Positions 26,564-35,566 of a stretch of DNA of 37,926 nt are shown here, one piece after another (position 1 is the first letter of the stretch; each line of letters opens with the position of its first letter). The notes beneath the pieces were generated by a model. That model was given only the letters and a program-made list of their open reading frames with translations. It did not search any database and had not been told where the DNA came from. Source of the stretch: a virus; UHGV virus genome UHGV-0206543. One strand, given 5' to 3'. The translations under genes and the position numbers were made by a program.

Positions 26564-26721
26564 TCCGCTTCCTCCTCAATACATTTAAACAAGCCCTCTG
26601 ACTTCTTTAATATTTCTCTTTCCCTTTTATATACATTTTCTTCAAAGAAAGCTTTTGCTTCTTCGTTATTACTTATGTCAATTTCAATATATTCATCTTT
26701 GAAAGCTTCTTTAAAGCTCAT
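26560..26721 (-). CDS. small acidic protein (53 aa, MSFKEAFKDEYIEIDISNNEEAKAFF...)
   Basis: RBS GGAGGT precedes it. Both its start and stop overlap neighbours in ATGA fashion. It is not in the ORF track because it is under 60 aa. Confidence 0.35.
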   Translation of the reverse strand: MSFKEAFKDEYIEIDISNNEEAKAFFEENVYKREREILKKSEGLFKCIEEEAE

Positions 26722-27133
26722 TCTGCGACCTCCAATAGCTCTGGGTTCTCGTGAATATTTCCGAGTATTTCTAAAGAACTAGTTCCATCAAAAGTATTAG
26801 AAACATCAATAAAATCATAGTTGTCATCTGGTTCTATTCCATCGATAAAAATTGATAACAGTCTCTTTTAACGATACCTAGGTAGCTATATTCTCCATCT
26901 CGATACTGAACAATATCACCCTCAAAAATTTCAACGCCGTTCTTGTCTTTCAAGCCTGTTGATTGCATGAGGATCACATCTTTAAATTCTCGTGTCAACG
27001 TATGCCTATTCTCATGATCTCCATTATCAGCCTCAAGCCAAACTGTTTTTTTCTCAAAGTCAATTTGATTAACTTTCATCATTTTTTTATATTTCTTATC
27101 CCACGCTCTAAACTTTGGAATCATCTTCTTCAC
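26718..27133 (-). pseudogene. YopX-family protein gene interrupted by a -1 frameshift at an A5/T5 homopolymer (about 26847-26851)
   Basis: The N-terminus MIPKFRAWDKKYKKM is YopX-like and the frame stops at 26834. The -1 frame continues with FIDGIEPDDNYDF...LEILGNIHENPELLEVAE, the characteristic YopX C-terminus, and ends in an ATGA overlap with the next gene. Confidence 0.5.
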
Positions 27134-27167
27134 TCACTTTCTAAAATAGTGACAGCTGTTCTCCAGT

Positions 27168-27932
27168 TCATATAAATAGCCCCATTGGGATATTTGACAA
27201 CATTTTTTCCTGCGCAACTTCGTACATCTCTTTCTTTATTTCAAATCCATAAGCATTTCTATTGAGTTCTGCCGCAGCTCTAAGCGTAGAGCCACTACCA
27301 GCGCATGGATCTATTACAACATCCCCATAATCTGTGAAAATTTCAATTAACCGTTTAATAACGGGTACCGGTTTTTGTGTCGGATGTATTTTTGGGTAGC
27401 TGTTATCCGTTTCCCATTCAAACCAATTTAGAACCATACGGCCGTCGTTATTGAATTTGGGAAGTTTTTCTCTGTAAAGAACTAGTGCATATTCTGTAGC
27501 CCCTACGATCCTCATATTTGCTTTTAGTACTTGAGGACTGGACTTCTTAATAAAAACTAGTGGAATGTGATTTTTAAAGCCGTACCGTTTACCATAATCA
27601 ATCACCATTTGAAGCTGTTGAAAAGCGCAAAATACAATCATAGCTGGCGCTTTTCCAACTTCTTTAGGTTCTTTCTTTAACATTTTTGAGCAAAAATGCA
27701 TAAACTCTGATATTCTAAAATTCTCATCGGTGTCAAAAAAGCTTTTATTCGCTTTATCCGATTCTCCATTTTCAATTTTTCCACCCTCATACCATGCAGA
27801 ACTGGATGCATAAGCATTTTTACCTAAGTTGTACGGTATGTCTGCAATAACTAATTGTGCTTTCGGTATGCCGTATCGTTTATAATTTTGAAAATGATCG
27901 TTAAATAATTGTATTTTCGGTTCTCTCTGCAT
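27168..27932 (-). CDS. DNA methyltransferase, beta-class N6-adenine/N4-cytosine (N6_N4_Mtase family), apparently orphan
   Basis: Motif IV (ADIPYN) precedes motif I (DPCAGSGST). No adjacent restriction endonuclease candidate is present. Confidence 0.85.
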   Translation of the reverse strand: MQREPKIQLFNDHFQNYKRYGIPKAQLVIADIPYNLGKNAYASSSAWYEGGKIENGESDKANKSFFDTDENFRISEFMHFCSKMLKKEPKEVGKAPAMIVFCAFQQLQMVIDYGKRYGFKNHIPLVFIKKSSPQVLKANMRIVGATEYALVLYREKLPKFNNDGRMVLNWFEWETDNSYPKIHPTQKPVPVIKRLIEIFTDYGDVVIDPCAGSGSTLRAAAELNRNAYGFEIKKEMYEVAQEKMLSNIPMGLFI

Positions 27933-28078
27933 AATTTCAAAGGAGTAAAGAATTCTTTGTGGTCGACCAAACCTCCACTCCTTTCGCTTATTTCTTCTTT
28001 ATTTCAGCTAACTTTTTCGCAACACTTTGCCCGTTTTTGTTGCATAACGGACAATAAAAACCTTTTTGATGTTTCAAC

Positions 28079-28222
28079 TTATCTTTTTCCCAGACAATCA
28101 TCTGTCCCTTGCATTTTATACATACCATCGCTTTTCCCTCGCTTACTGTATGTGCCGTTTGCAATAGCTTTTTCTTTTAGTCTACGTTTTTTCTTTTTGA
28201 TTTTAGATTTAGTTTTACCCAT
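28079..28222 (-). CDS. small highly basic protein (47 aa, MGKTKSKIKKKKRRLKEK...)
   Basis: The ATG overlaps the stop of the upstream gene (AATGGGTAA). A second small TTG-initiated Cys-containing ORF follows at 27988-28077. Confidence 0.3.
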   Translation of the reverse strand: MGKTKSKIKKKKRRLKEKAIANGTYSKRGKSDGMYKMQGTDDCLGKR

Positions 28223-28976
28223 TCACTTTGATCGCCTTTGTCAAATCAAATCCTAAAGCGTTTGGATGACCTTCCACTTCTTCTGGTTTTACATGGTAAA
28301 CATCTGTTTCAATGTTAAAGCCTCCAACTTCGGCAGCTTTTCTTAACACATGACCATTCCAGCTTTTTCGATAGCCCGTTTTTTTATTTGCCTTAGGACT
28401 TACACAACTTCTAGCGCCTTCTTCAGTGGCTTCGCACGGTAAAACAAATAACGCTTTGTTCTGTTCGTCTAAATACAGTTGGACCCATTCTGGTTTGTTC
28501 AATCGTTGAACTACTGGACCACTTAAAGCCAGACCGCTTTTTGAGATCGTTAAACATTCCTCTGCTTTTACTCCAAAATTTCCTGAAATAAGTAACGTTG
28601 CTGTATTTAAATTAAATTTCATGTGTTTTGTCTCCTCTACTTTGTTATTTTCTTTTCGCTTAATTATGTTTTCTATGCCATTTGCCTTTCGCCAGTTTTG
28701 AAATGTGGTTGTTCCAAGTCCGAGAGCTTTCTTAATATCGTTTACTTGATAACCTAAGTCTAATAAGTGCTGATATTCTTCTTTCGTCAGCTTGTCAGGC
28801 TCTAATTTTGGTAATGGTCGCTTATCGTTTATAAGGTTAGAATTCAGTCGTTTTGATAATCTCTGGACCTCTTCCACGATTTCTGGATTATTCATCCATG
28901 ATTCATCATCACCAGTCAAAAAAAGAATTCTCTGACGAATGGCTCTTTTTGTTTCTCTGAGTTTGTTTTTCGTCAT
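28215..28976 (-). CDS. hypothetical protein with N-terminal HTH-like segment (253 aa)
   Basis: A terminase-small-like HTH (LTKEEYQHLLDLGYQVNDIKKALG) is present. No catalytic motifs were recognised. Confidence 0.4.
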   Translation of the reverse strand: MTKNKLRETKRAIRQRILFLTGDDESWMNNPEIVEEVQRLSKRLNSNLINDKRPLPKLEPDKLTKEEYQHLLDLGYQVNDIKKALGLGTTTFQNWRKANGIENIIKRKENNKVEETKHMKFNLNTATLLISGNFGVKAEECLTISKSGLALSGPVVQRLNKPEWVQLYLDEQNKALFVLPCEATEEGARSCVSPKANKKTGYRKSWNGHVLRKAAEVGGFNIETDVYHVKPEEVEGHPNALGFDLTKAIKVNG

Positions 28977-29407
28977 TCCTTTTCCTCCAAACTCATAATT
29001 TCAATTTCTGTTCGTGGTCGCATGCTGTACAACTTTTGGCAAACCATCACAGCAATTTGACCATCGTTTTTATATAAAATGCCTTCGGCAGCATCAGTGA
29101 CTGCTTTGAAATAATTATCCAAGTCAGGTTTCTTATCGCAATATTTACGCTCTAATTCCACTTCTAAGCGTTTCTTTTTAGAACTTAATAGAGATTTAGG
29201 GGCAGCGATGTAAAACGTAATATGCGTAAAAATAGCCCCTTTTTCAATCAATTCTGGTTTTGTCTTTCGTAGATACGCTTTTACCTTTTGTTTATAGGCT
29301 CTCATAGCGCTATCTTCGTAGGTTTGAACATAATTCCCACGTCTAGCAAATCTTGGGCGACTTTGTGGTTTTGGTTCAATCGGTAGAATAATTCGCATCT
29401 CTTCCAC
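28973..29407 (-). CDS. rusA: RusA-family Holliday junction resolvase
   Basis: It is about 144 aa. The KPDLDN catalytic aspartate cluster is present. It sits in the phage replication module. Confidence 0.75.
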   Translation of the reverse strand: MEEMRIILPIEPKPQSRPRFARRGNYVQTYEDSAMRAYKQKVKAYLRKTKPELIEKGAIFTHITFYIAAPKSLLSSKKKRLEVELERKYCDKKPDLDNYFKAVTDAAEGILYKNDGQIAVMVCQKLYSMRPRTEIEIMSLEEKE

Positions 29408-29415
29408 CTCGAGCC

Positions 29416-29715
29416 TTACAAATCGGCTTCTTTGACGAATACTCCGTTTACCATTTCCCCTTGGCGATTTTTGATTTCGCTATATGCTTGATTTAGGCAT
29501 TCGTATAAGTCCATGTTATTTTGCATAGCGAGAATAATTAATGTCACAACCATATCACCGATACCATCTCTTAGGTCGTTTTCGTTGTTTCTTGCCAATG
29601 CAGCACCAACTTCTCCGACTTCCTCAATCACTTTTAGCATTTGCTTTTCGGGTTCCGCTTTATCTAAACGCTTTTCTTTCGCCCATTCTTCCACTAATTT
29701 AACTAATTCATTCAT
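29416..29715 (-). CDS. MazG-like nucleotide pyrophosphohydrolase
   Basis: It is a 99-aa all-alpha protein with the EEVGEV...DGIGDM motif pattern of the MazG/HisE fold. Confidence 0.7.
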   Translation of the reverse strand: MNELVKLVEEWAKEKRLDKAEPEKQMLKVIEEVGEVGAALARNNENDLRDGIGDMVVTLIILAMQNNMDLYECLNQAYSEIKNRQGEMVNGVFVKEADL

Positions 29716-30018
29716 CTAAAATTCCTCCCCGAAATCTAATTCACGTTTTAGCTTGCTGTGAATCGATTCTAGCTCTTTTTTGTATTCTTTGACTGTTTGT
29801 ATTGTTTTACCACTAGAAAGCACATAATCGCGTTCTATTGCGACGAGAGCCTTACTTAAATTGCCATAATAACCAATCAAAGCGAGTGATTCTTTTTGTG
29901 TACCGTCTTTATCAGTCAAAATGGTTAACTCTCCGTGTTCGTTTCGTCTCGCTTTATTTACGATTACTTGCTTATCATCACTAGTAATTCGATAATCAAG
30001 TACTCTCATTTCAATCAT
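29716..30018 (-). CDS. hypothetical protein (100 aa)
   Basis: Intact ORF, translationally coupled to its neighbours. Confidence 0.35.
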   Translation of the reverse strand: MIEMRVLDYRITSDDKQVIVNKARRNEHGELTILTDKDGTQKESLALIGYYGNLSKALVAIERDYVLSSGKTIQTVKEYKKELESIHSKLKRELDFGEEF

Positions 30019-30821
30019 GACTTGCCCTCCAAAAATTCTTTTATTTGCCTATCAAGTTCAGCTTGCTTTTCTGGTGATAGTTTTTCCTCTTCTTGTTTTG
30101 GTTCATTTACCCAATCTGGTAATTGCTCTTGTCTAACTGGAGGATTCGTATATCTTGCTTGCGTTGTCGTTTCAGACAAGTCGTATTCATCGTTAAAACG
30201 TTCATCACGTATCCAGCGGAACAATTCTTGTGGATGATACCAGTCGTTTAATTTGATATACTTAAGATAATCTTTGTATCCTGTTTTAAACCGTTCGAAG
30301 TCTTCATCTGACTTAATTTTCTTTAAGAATTGCTCTTTGGCTTTTTTCTTATTGGTTTTCTTCGGATATGTTTTCCAAACTTTTTCAAATAATTCAGACA
30401 TGGTTGAACTTTGTTCAACGCTATATATATTCTTTGTATTATTCTTTGTATTATTAATTAATGTATTATTATCTTTGGCGTTTTCGCCTATACCCCTATA
30501 GTTATTTTCACCTATACCCTCTAGTTGTTTTCGCCTATATCCCTCGGTAATTTTAACTACACGTCTTTCTATAGATTTTGTACCTGGTTTATATTGATAA
30601 CTGACATCAATGTATCCCTTTTCTTTTAATCCAGATATAAGTTTAGAAACCCTGTCTTTACTTAGACCGAAAAAATTTGAAAAATACTCATTGCTAGCGA
30701 AACATCCATCGTCATTATCAAGACTATCTATTTCAACGATTAGAAATTTTTCAGTCCAACTCAGTTCTTTATCTAGCCAAACATTTTTAGGAATCCAAAT
30801 ACCTTTAAACGCTCTTTCCAT
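30015..30821 (-). CDS. replisome organizer / DnaD-domain replication initiation protein (origin iterons inside the gene)
   Basis: The N-terminal winged-helix organizer domain reads WTEKFLIVEIDSL. An internal GIGEN repeat region is encoded by the iterons. RBS TGGAGGGT precedes it. Confidence 0.7.
   Translation of the reverse strand: MERAFKGIWIPKNVWLDKELSWTEKFLIVEIDSLDNDDGCFASNEYFSNFFGLSKDRVSKLISGLKEKGYIDVSYQYKPGTKSIERRVVKITEGYRRKQLEGIGENNYRGIGENAKDNNTLINNTKNNTKNIYSVEQSSTMSELFEKVWKTYPKKTNKKKAKEQFLKKIKSDEDFERFKTGYKDYLKYIKLNDWYHPQELFRWIRDERFNDEYDLSETTTQARYTNPPVRQEQLPDWVNEPKQEEEKLSPEKQAELDRQIKEFLEGKS
30421..30554. repeat. replication origin candidate: AT-rich TTCTTTGTATTAT x2 plus three about 23-bp direct iterons (TTTTCGCCTATACCCCTATAGTTATTTT / CACCTATACCCTCTAGTTGTTTT / CGCCTATATCCCTCGGTAATTTT)
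   Basis: The direct repeats are read straight from the sequence. An iteron-within-organizer-gene layout is typical of Firmicutes siphoviruses. Confidence 0.6.
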
Positions 30822-30824
30822 TTG

Positions 30825-31505
30825 TTACCCTCCAATGTTTAATTTCTTTATTGTCTCTTGGTTTAATTTAATTCCTTTAACATGATATTTAGCTTTAAAT
30901 GCTTTTATTCCTATATCGTGTTTTTCTTTATGATGGCAATGACATAAAGATGCAAATGTATATTCTGTATGGTCAACTTTCCTTCTGCTTCTTCGTCCTA
31001 ACGCTTTATCAAAATGATCAATCTCTGCGCTAGTTTTTCCACAAATGCAGCAAACACGCTTAGTAATACATTTATAAAAATAATATTCTTGGTTTCCTGG
31101 CAAAATATCATAACCTTTTTTAAAGGGAATGCTATTTTCAAAAATATAATCAAGAATTATATTTGCTAAAATTGTTGCATCGTCTACCGTGTTTTTTGAT
31201 TCCTTTTTTAAGCTCATAGGATAACCTCTAAGCTCTTCAAAGTGTGAATAGAACATATCCTTCAACAAAGAGGTTTTATCCCCTGTTTCTCTGCTAATAT
31301 CTCCTAACAACGCATATATAAAGTTTCGTTGTGCTGCAGTAAATTGCCTTGGATCGATAAAACGAATTTCAACTTCCCTTGGTCCGTCATATCCGTAGTA
31401 CATTGTTTTAAGCCGTTCAATGTTAATTACTTCGTTTATGTCCGCAGTTATCCTTTGACCTTTTAAAGATTTAATAACTGCGGAATAAACGTTGTTTAGG
31501 TTCAT
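30825..31505 (-). CDS. HNH-type nuclease family protein
   Basis: A C-terminal Cys/His cluster reads CCICGKTSAEIDHFD...CHCHHKEKHD. Confidence 0.5.
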   Translation of the reverse strand: MNLNNVYSAVIKSLKGQRITADINEVINIERLKTMYYGYDGPREVEIRFIDPRQFTAAQRNFIYALLGDISRETGDKTSLLKDMFYSHFEELRGYPMSLKKESKNTVDDATILANIILDYIFENSIPFKKGYDILPGNQEYYFYKCITKRVCCICGKTSAEIDHFDKALGRRSRRKVDHTEYTFASLCHCHHKEKHDIGIKAFKAKYHVKGIKLNQETIKKLNIGG

Positions 31506-32425
31506 TCAACCACTTCCACTTGAATGCCGTTATTAATAATAAAATTGTTTAACGCAACTAACTTTTGATGCTCTGCTGTTAGTCTTAACGTAACTGTTTT
31601 CTCTTGTTGTTTTCTGCTGGTTTTTGGTACTTCTTCTGTGATGATTTCGCCTGTTTCAGTGTCAACTGTTTTATTGTTGATTGTTTCAGTTTTCAAGGCA
31701 GCAATAGCATCGTCGTGCTCTTTTTTTGCTTTTTCTCGTTCTTCTTGTTCTTTTTTTAAAGCAAAGGCTGAATCAATTTCCTTTATCAATTCTGATGCTG
31801 TACGCCCGCTATCAATCAAACCAACCCAAGAATATGGTTCTAAACCAACCGCTTTAGTATAGTTTTCAATTATTTTTTTATCGTTCTCAATACGTTCTTT
31901 TTCATTGGCTAATGTTGTCATCACAGATGCAATTTCTTCAATAATTTTTTTAGTTGGCTCTCCTTTAGCTGTAAAAGAAGTCTTGTTAAGCCATGAATTG
32001 GAAATTTCAATTTCCTCCATTGATACATTATAGTTTTCAGACATTTCATCGATTACTGTTTGAATTTTTTCTAATCGCTTCTGACGTTCCGCTTCTTCAT
32101 ATGCTTGAATATTTTTATTGATTTCATCGCTAACATCTTCAATTTGGCTCATATATTTTTTTATTTTTTTCTCAAAATCTTTTAACGGCTTATTATATTG
32201 ATTTTTAACCGCTTTACGTTGATCATCTAGCAACGTCGCAACTTTGTTTAAGTCTGCTCTTGCTTTTTTTGCTTCTGGAATGTTTTCATCAGTAAAAATC
32301 ATTGTTGAATAGTGACTAACGGCGCTATCGACCATTTCAGCCAATTGTGTTTCATTTTGAATAGTGATTTCACTAGCTTTAAAATCAACATTAAATTGCA
32401 AATCTGTTGTTAATTCGTTTGTCAT
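31502..32425 (-). CDS. DUF1351-like coiled-coil protein (recombination module accessory)
   Basis: The likely start is ATG at 32425, overlapping the ERF stop (TAATGA), rather than the ORF-track start at 32482. The protein has a long K/E-rich coiled coil. Confidence 0.55.
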   Translation of the reverse strand: MTNELTTDLQFNVDFKASEITIQNETQLAEMVDSAVSHYSTMIFTDENIPEAKKARADLNKVATLLDDQRKAVKNQYNKPLKDFEKKIKKYMSQIEDVSDEINKNIQAYEEAERQKRLEKIQTVIDEMSENYNVSMEEIEISNSWLNKTSFTAKGEPTKKIIEEIASVMTTLANEKERIENDKKIIENYTKAVGLEPYSWVGLIDSGRTASELIKEIDSAFALKKEQEEREKAKKEHDDAIAALKTETINNKTVDTETGEIITEEVPKTSRKQQEKTVTLRLTAEHQKLVALNNFIINNGIQVEVVE

Positions 32426-33102
32426 TATTTTTGCCCCCATGTAATGTTTTCTTCTGGTTGTGGCTGGAATTGTTGTATCCATTTCCTCAAAACTCCAATA
32501 GCTTTATTGAACATGCTAGCTGGCATGTTTTCATTGACATCTATATTTAATTCTTTACTTAGTTCATTGCGTACATAATCAAGTTCAGAATTTGATAATT
32601 CAGAAAGTTGTCGGATATGATCATTCAACGTAGCTAACTGTTTACCGCTAATCAAATTAACTTTCGGAGTATCGCTGTTCTTTTCAGCTGCCGTTTGGCC
32701 ATCGTCGTCTTTATCTGCTGCTATTCCAAATGCTGCCGAAAGCGAATAACGTCTTGCATATGTTGTTAAACTTCCTAATCCTTGAGGATTTGTTCCGCTA
32801 TCAGGAAATTCAAATGGACCATGAATGATATATTGCCCGCTTATATGAGTGATAATTGTTGTAACTTTTAACGCATTATTTTCATTGACAACATTTTGTT
32901 GAAAATCAATTCCGCTTTCGGATTCTTGCGCAGCTTTTCTAATCGCTTCTTCAATCGCTTTAAGAGTGGCATACTGGAAATTCATTGCTCCTTTTTTAGT
33001 CGAATAGGCAACTTCTGCATCAAATTTCGGTTGAGTTAACTTACTTTTTAATTTATACATACCATCAAAAAGTTTTTCTAAATTTTCACTGCAAGTATTC
33101 AT
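32425..33102 (-). CDS. ERF-family single-strand annealing protein (recombinase)
   Basis: RBS AGAGGAGGAA precedes it. It is 225 aa with a conserved core (YATLKAI...TTYARRYSL) and sits next to the DUF1351 gene. Confidence 0.55.
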   Translation of the reverse strand: MNTCSENLEKLFDGMYKLKSKLTQPKFDAEVAYSTKKGAMNFQYATLKAIEEAIRKAAQESESGIDFQQNVVNENNALKVTTIITHISGQYIIHGPFEFPDSGTNPQGLGSLTTYARRYSLSAAFGIAADKDDDGQTAAEKNSDTPKVNLISGKQLATLNDHIRQLSELSNSELDYVRNELSKELNIDVNENMPASMFNKAIGVLRKWIQQFQPQPEENITWGQK

Positions 33103-33340
33103 TTCGTTCCTCCTCTTTCAACAATGAAAGAACTTTTTCTAATCCTTCAATTAATTCAGATTTTTTGAAATAAGCACATTCATCTAAACTTTCAAATGCA
33201 AATCTAACCTCTTCATCTTCGCTATCTTGATACACAGCAACATGATCGTTTTCAATGTCTTTTTCAAAAATTAAAGAACCATATGGCGAAGATTCATCAA
33301 GTAAATGAATTCTCCCAATTGAATCAAATTCTACTTTCAT
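33086..33340 (-). CDS. hypothetical acidic protein (84 aa)
   Basis: Intact ORF that overlaps the ERF start. Confidence 0.35.
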   Translation of the reverse strand: MKVEFDSIGRIHLLDESSPYGSLIFEKDIENDHVAVYQDSEDEEVRFAFESLDECAYFKKSELIEGLEKVLSLLKEEERNEYLQ

Positions 33341-33406
33341 GATATAATTCCCCTATCAATATATGTTTTTGCGACTAATTGCTTGGCGGCATAGTCGCTT
33401 TTTTCA

Positions 33407-33520
33407 TCATGCAATCCCTCTGCGCTCTTTTTGTTGCGCAATGTATAGTTGACTTTTTTGTTGTTTGTACCATAAATCAGCTAATCTTTTTGCTTGGTTT
33501 AACTTTTCTTTTCTAGTCAT
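33407..33520 (-). CDS. small basic protein (37 aa, MTRKEKLNQAKRLADLWYKQQ...)
   Basis: The ATGA overlap with the upstream stop suggests coupling. It is below the ORF-track size cutoff. Confidence 0.25.
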   Translation of the reverse strand: MTRKEKLNQAKRLADLWYKQQKSQLYIAQQKERRGIA

Positions 33521-33855
33521 TTAAACTCACCTCGAAAAATCTTCGATAATATATCCATCAAATCGTTTGGATCATCTGTGACAAAAGTATGTGTATTTTT
33601 AGTCGTAGTTTCTGTTTCAATACCGTACATCTCTTTTAATAAACGATGTTTTGGACAATCACAATCTGATTGTTCCAGTCTTTCTTTTGCTAATGCATAT
33701 TGGCTATATGCTGCAATGGCTACCATCGTACCTTTTCCAACTTGAGATATTGCCAATTTTCCTTCTAAATCGATAGCAGCCAAAGATAAACCTACATCTT
33801 CTTTCTGGCATTCTTTTGCTAGTTTTTTAATCAATTTTTGAATTTTGTCGTTCAT
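33517..33855 (-). CDS. hypothetical protein (112 aa)
   Basis: Intact ORF. Confidence 0.35.
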   Translation of the reverse strand: MNDKIQKLIKKLAKECQKEDVGLSLAAIDLEGKLAISQVGKGTMVAIAAYSQYALAKERLEQSDCDCPKHRLLKEMYGIETETTTKNTHTFVTDDPNDLMDILSKIFRGEFK

Positions 33856-33926
33856 TTTGGTATACTCTCCTTAGTTAATTTTATATGTGTCCCCACTCGT
33901 CAAAAAACGAGTGAGGCTCTTTTTAT

Positions 33927-34670
33927 TTACGCAATAATTGTTACTGAACCTTTTTCAACATACTCATTTAAAGATTGAGTTAAATATTCATGAATACGTT
34001 CCATAGCTACATGTTTCCAAATCCCACCATCTGCTTCGAACAATGCGCAATGACCATATTTATTGATTCTAAAAACAAATGGGCTATCTGGCTGTTCAAC
34101 TTCTAAAAATGTTCGATAAGGTCTTAAATTTGCTGGACTAGGTACTTCTGCTTTTGTGAGCGTTGCTGCTCCTTCTTTTACTGTAGCAACTTGAGAAACT
34201 CCGTTATCAACTAAATCTCCCCCGCCTTCAATTCGAATAGCGCTGGCACATTCCAGAATAGCTTTTGCATCAAGATCACGTTGAATAAGAGATTGAACAT
34301 TAATAATAAATTCTTCTGAATCCATAAAGCGACTATATGGAAACACTTCTAATAACGCTTTTGCTTCAATAATTTTTTCACGCTTACGGTCTGCATCTAA
34401 AGCTGAATAAACAGCAACGTTTGTTGGGCTTTCAACATGAATTAATAAATTTGACGTAATTTCTTCATGGGAAAATTTTGATTGTAGATAACCAATTAAT
34501 CCAGATAAAGAATTAACTGTGAGTGTTTCTGCTCGTTTAATTGGATCGAGTTCAACTAAATCCGCTTTTGAACGATCAAAAAATACTTTTTCCTCTTCTT
34601 TATAAATAATTTTTTGGTCATCACGTAACCGTACTGCATACGCTAAAGCTTCTTTTAAATGTTCTGACAT
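33927..34670 (-). CDS. hypothetical protein (247 aa) with possible PD-(D/E)XK nuclease motif (ALDAD ... IIEAK)
   Basis: A D-x9-E-x-K spacing is seen in the translation. Its position upstream of the recombinase is compatible with an exonuclease partner. This is weak. Confidence 0.35.
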   Translation of the reverse strand: MSEHLKEALAYAVRLRDDQKIIYKEEEKVFFDRSKADLVELDPIKRAETLTVNSLSGLIGYLQSKFSHEEITSNLLIHVESPTNVAVYSALDADRKREKIIEAKALLEVFPYSRFMDSEEFIINVQSLIQRDLDAKAILECASAIRIEGGGDLVDNGVSQVATVKEGAATLTKAEVPSPANLRPYRTFLEVEQPDSPFVFRINKYGHCALFEADGGIWKHVAMERIHEYLTQSLNEYVEKGSVTIIA

Positions 34671-34682
34671 AATATTTCACTC

Positions 34683-35090
34683 CTAGTTTGTTTTAAATTT
34701 TTTTATTTTATCTGTTTCTTCAATTTCTTCTACTGGTGTGCCTTTATCATCTTTCAATTCAGAATCATCTGGATCGAAATACATCTGGCCTCGTTGTCCA
34801 CTTTTCAATTCATTTGCTAACGGTTTTCCTTTACCATCTTGACCAATAATAATTTTTGAAGTTAATGCTTCTCTTGGAACTAATTTTGATTTCACTTGAT
34901 AATCAATCAAAATATCTTCACGATATTCGTCTGGAATAATCGTTAAATCAATTGTTATCTTTCTCTTTTTTGTAGGATCTGTATTAGGATCATTAATATT
35001 GTTAATGACTTGAGCAAGCTCATAATCAAATCGTTCTTGTAATCCCCCCTCACTAATCCCACTTAAAGGAACATTAATATTTTTTGACAT
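34683..35090 (-). CDS. hypothetical protein (135 aa)
   Basis: Intact ORF. Confidence 0.35.
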   Translation of the reverse strand: MSKNINVPLSGISEGGLQERFDYELAQVINNINDPNTDPTKKRKITIDLTIIPDEYREDILIDYQVKSKLVPREALTSKIIIGQDGKGKPLANELKSGQRGQMYFDPDDSELKDDKGTPVEEIEETDKIKKFKTN

Positions 35091-35177
35091 TTTATTGCCG
35101 TCCTTTCTGTGATATAATTTATTTAGATTCTATTCACTTTATTTCCCCTGCTTTAGCTCTAACTAAAGTGGGGCTTT

Positions 35178-35378
35178 TTATTTTGTCTTTTTTTTAGAAT
35201 ATTGGTATTTTGCTTCATCCCAATTGAAAAACCAATGAATAAAGAAAGGTGCACTTAGTGTTGCTAGTATTGGCGTTGAAAAGTGATTTTTCAGCAATGC
35301 TCCTAGCGCAATCATCACTAAAAATGTTCCTATCAGTCGAGCTTCACGTATCGCTTTCATGGTTAACCTCCTATGCAT
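35178..35378 (-). CDS. small membrane protein (66 aa, two hydrophobic segments)
   Basis: Segments LIGTFLVMIALGALL and FFIHWFFNW are hydrophobic. Confidence 0.35.
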   Translation of the reverse strand: MHRRLTMKAIREARLIGTFLVMIALGALLKNHFSTPILATLSAPFFIHWFFNWDEAKYQYSKKKTK

Positions 35379-35556
35379 GAATTCTATTTTGAATTTCTAA
35401 ACCTCTTAAAAATTCGAGTTCTTTTTCAATTTGATATGCTTTTCCTTCGGTCAGTTGTTCTGATTGTCTAAGCGCTGCTCTATCATCTTGTAGCTGTTTA
35501 CGCTCTTTTTTGATTTGGTTGAGTATCCAGCTTTCTTGTTCAGTTGTATAAGCCAT
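35371..35556 (-). CDS. small coiled-coil protein (61 aa)
   Basis: Intact ORF with a helical, charged heptad pattern. Confidence 0.35.
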   Translation of the reverse strand: MAYTTEQESWILNQIKKERKQLQDDRAALRQSEQLTEGKAYQIEKELEFLRGLEIQNRIHA

Positions 35557-35566
35557 AATATTCTCC

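Noticed and set aside
30421-30554. Direct repeats resembling a short CRISPR-like array
   Set aside because: There are only three imperfect units with no unique spacers. They lie inside a coding gene and match the iteron/ori pattern of replisome organizer genes. No cas genes are present.
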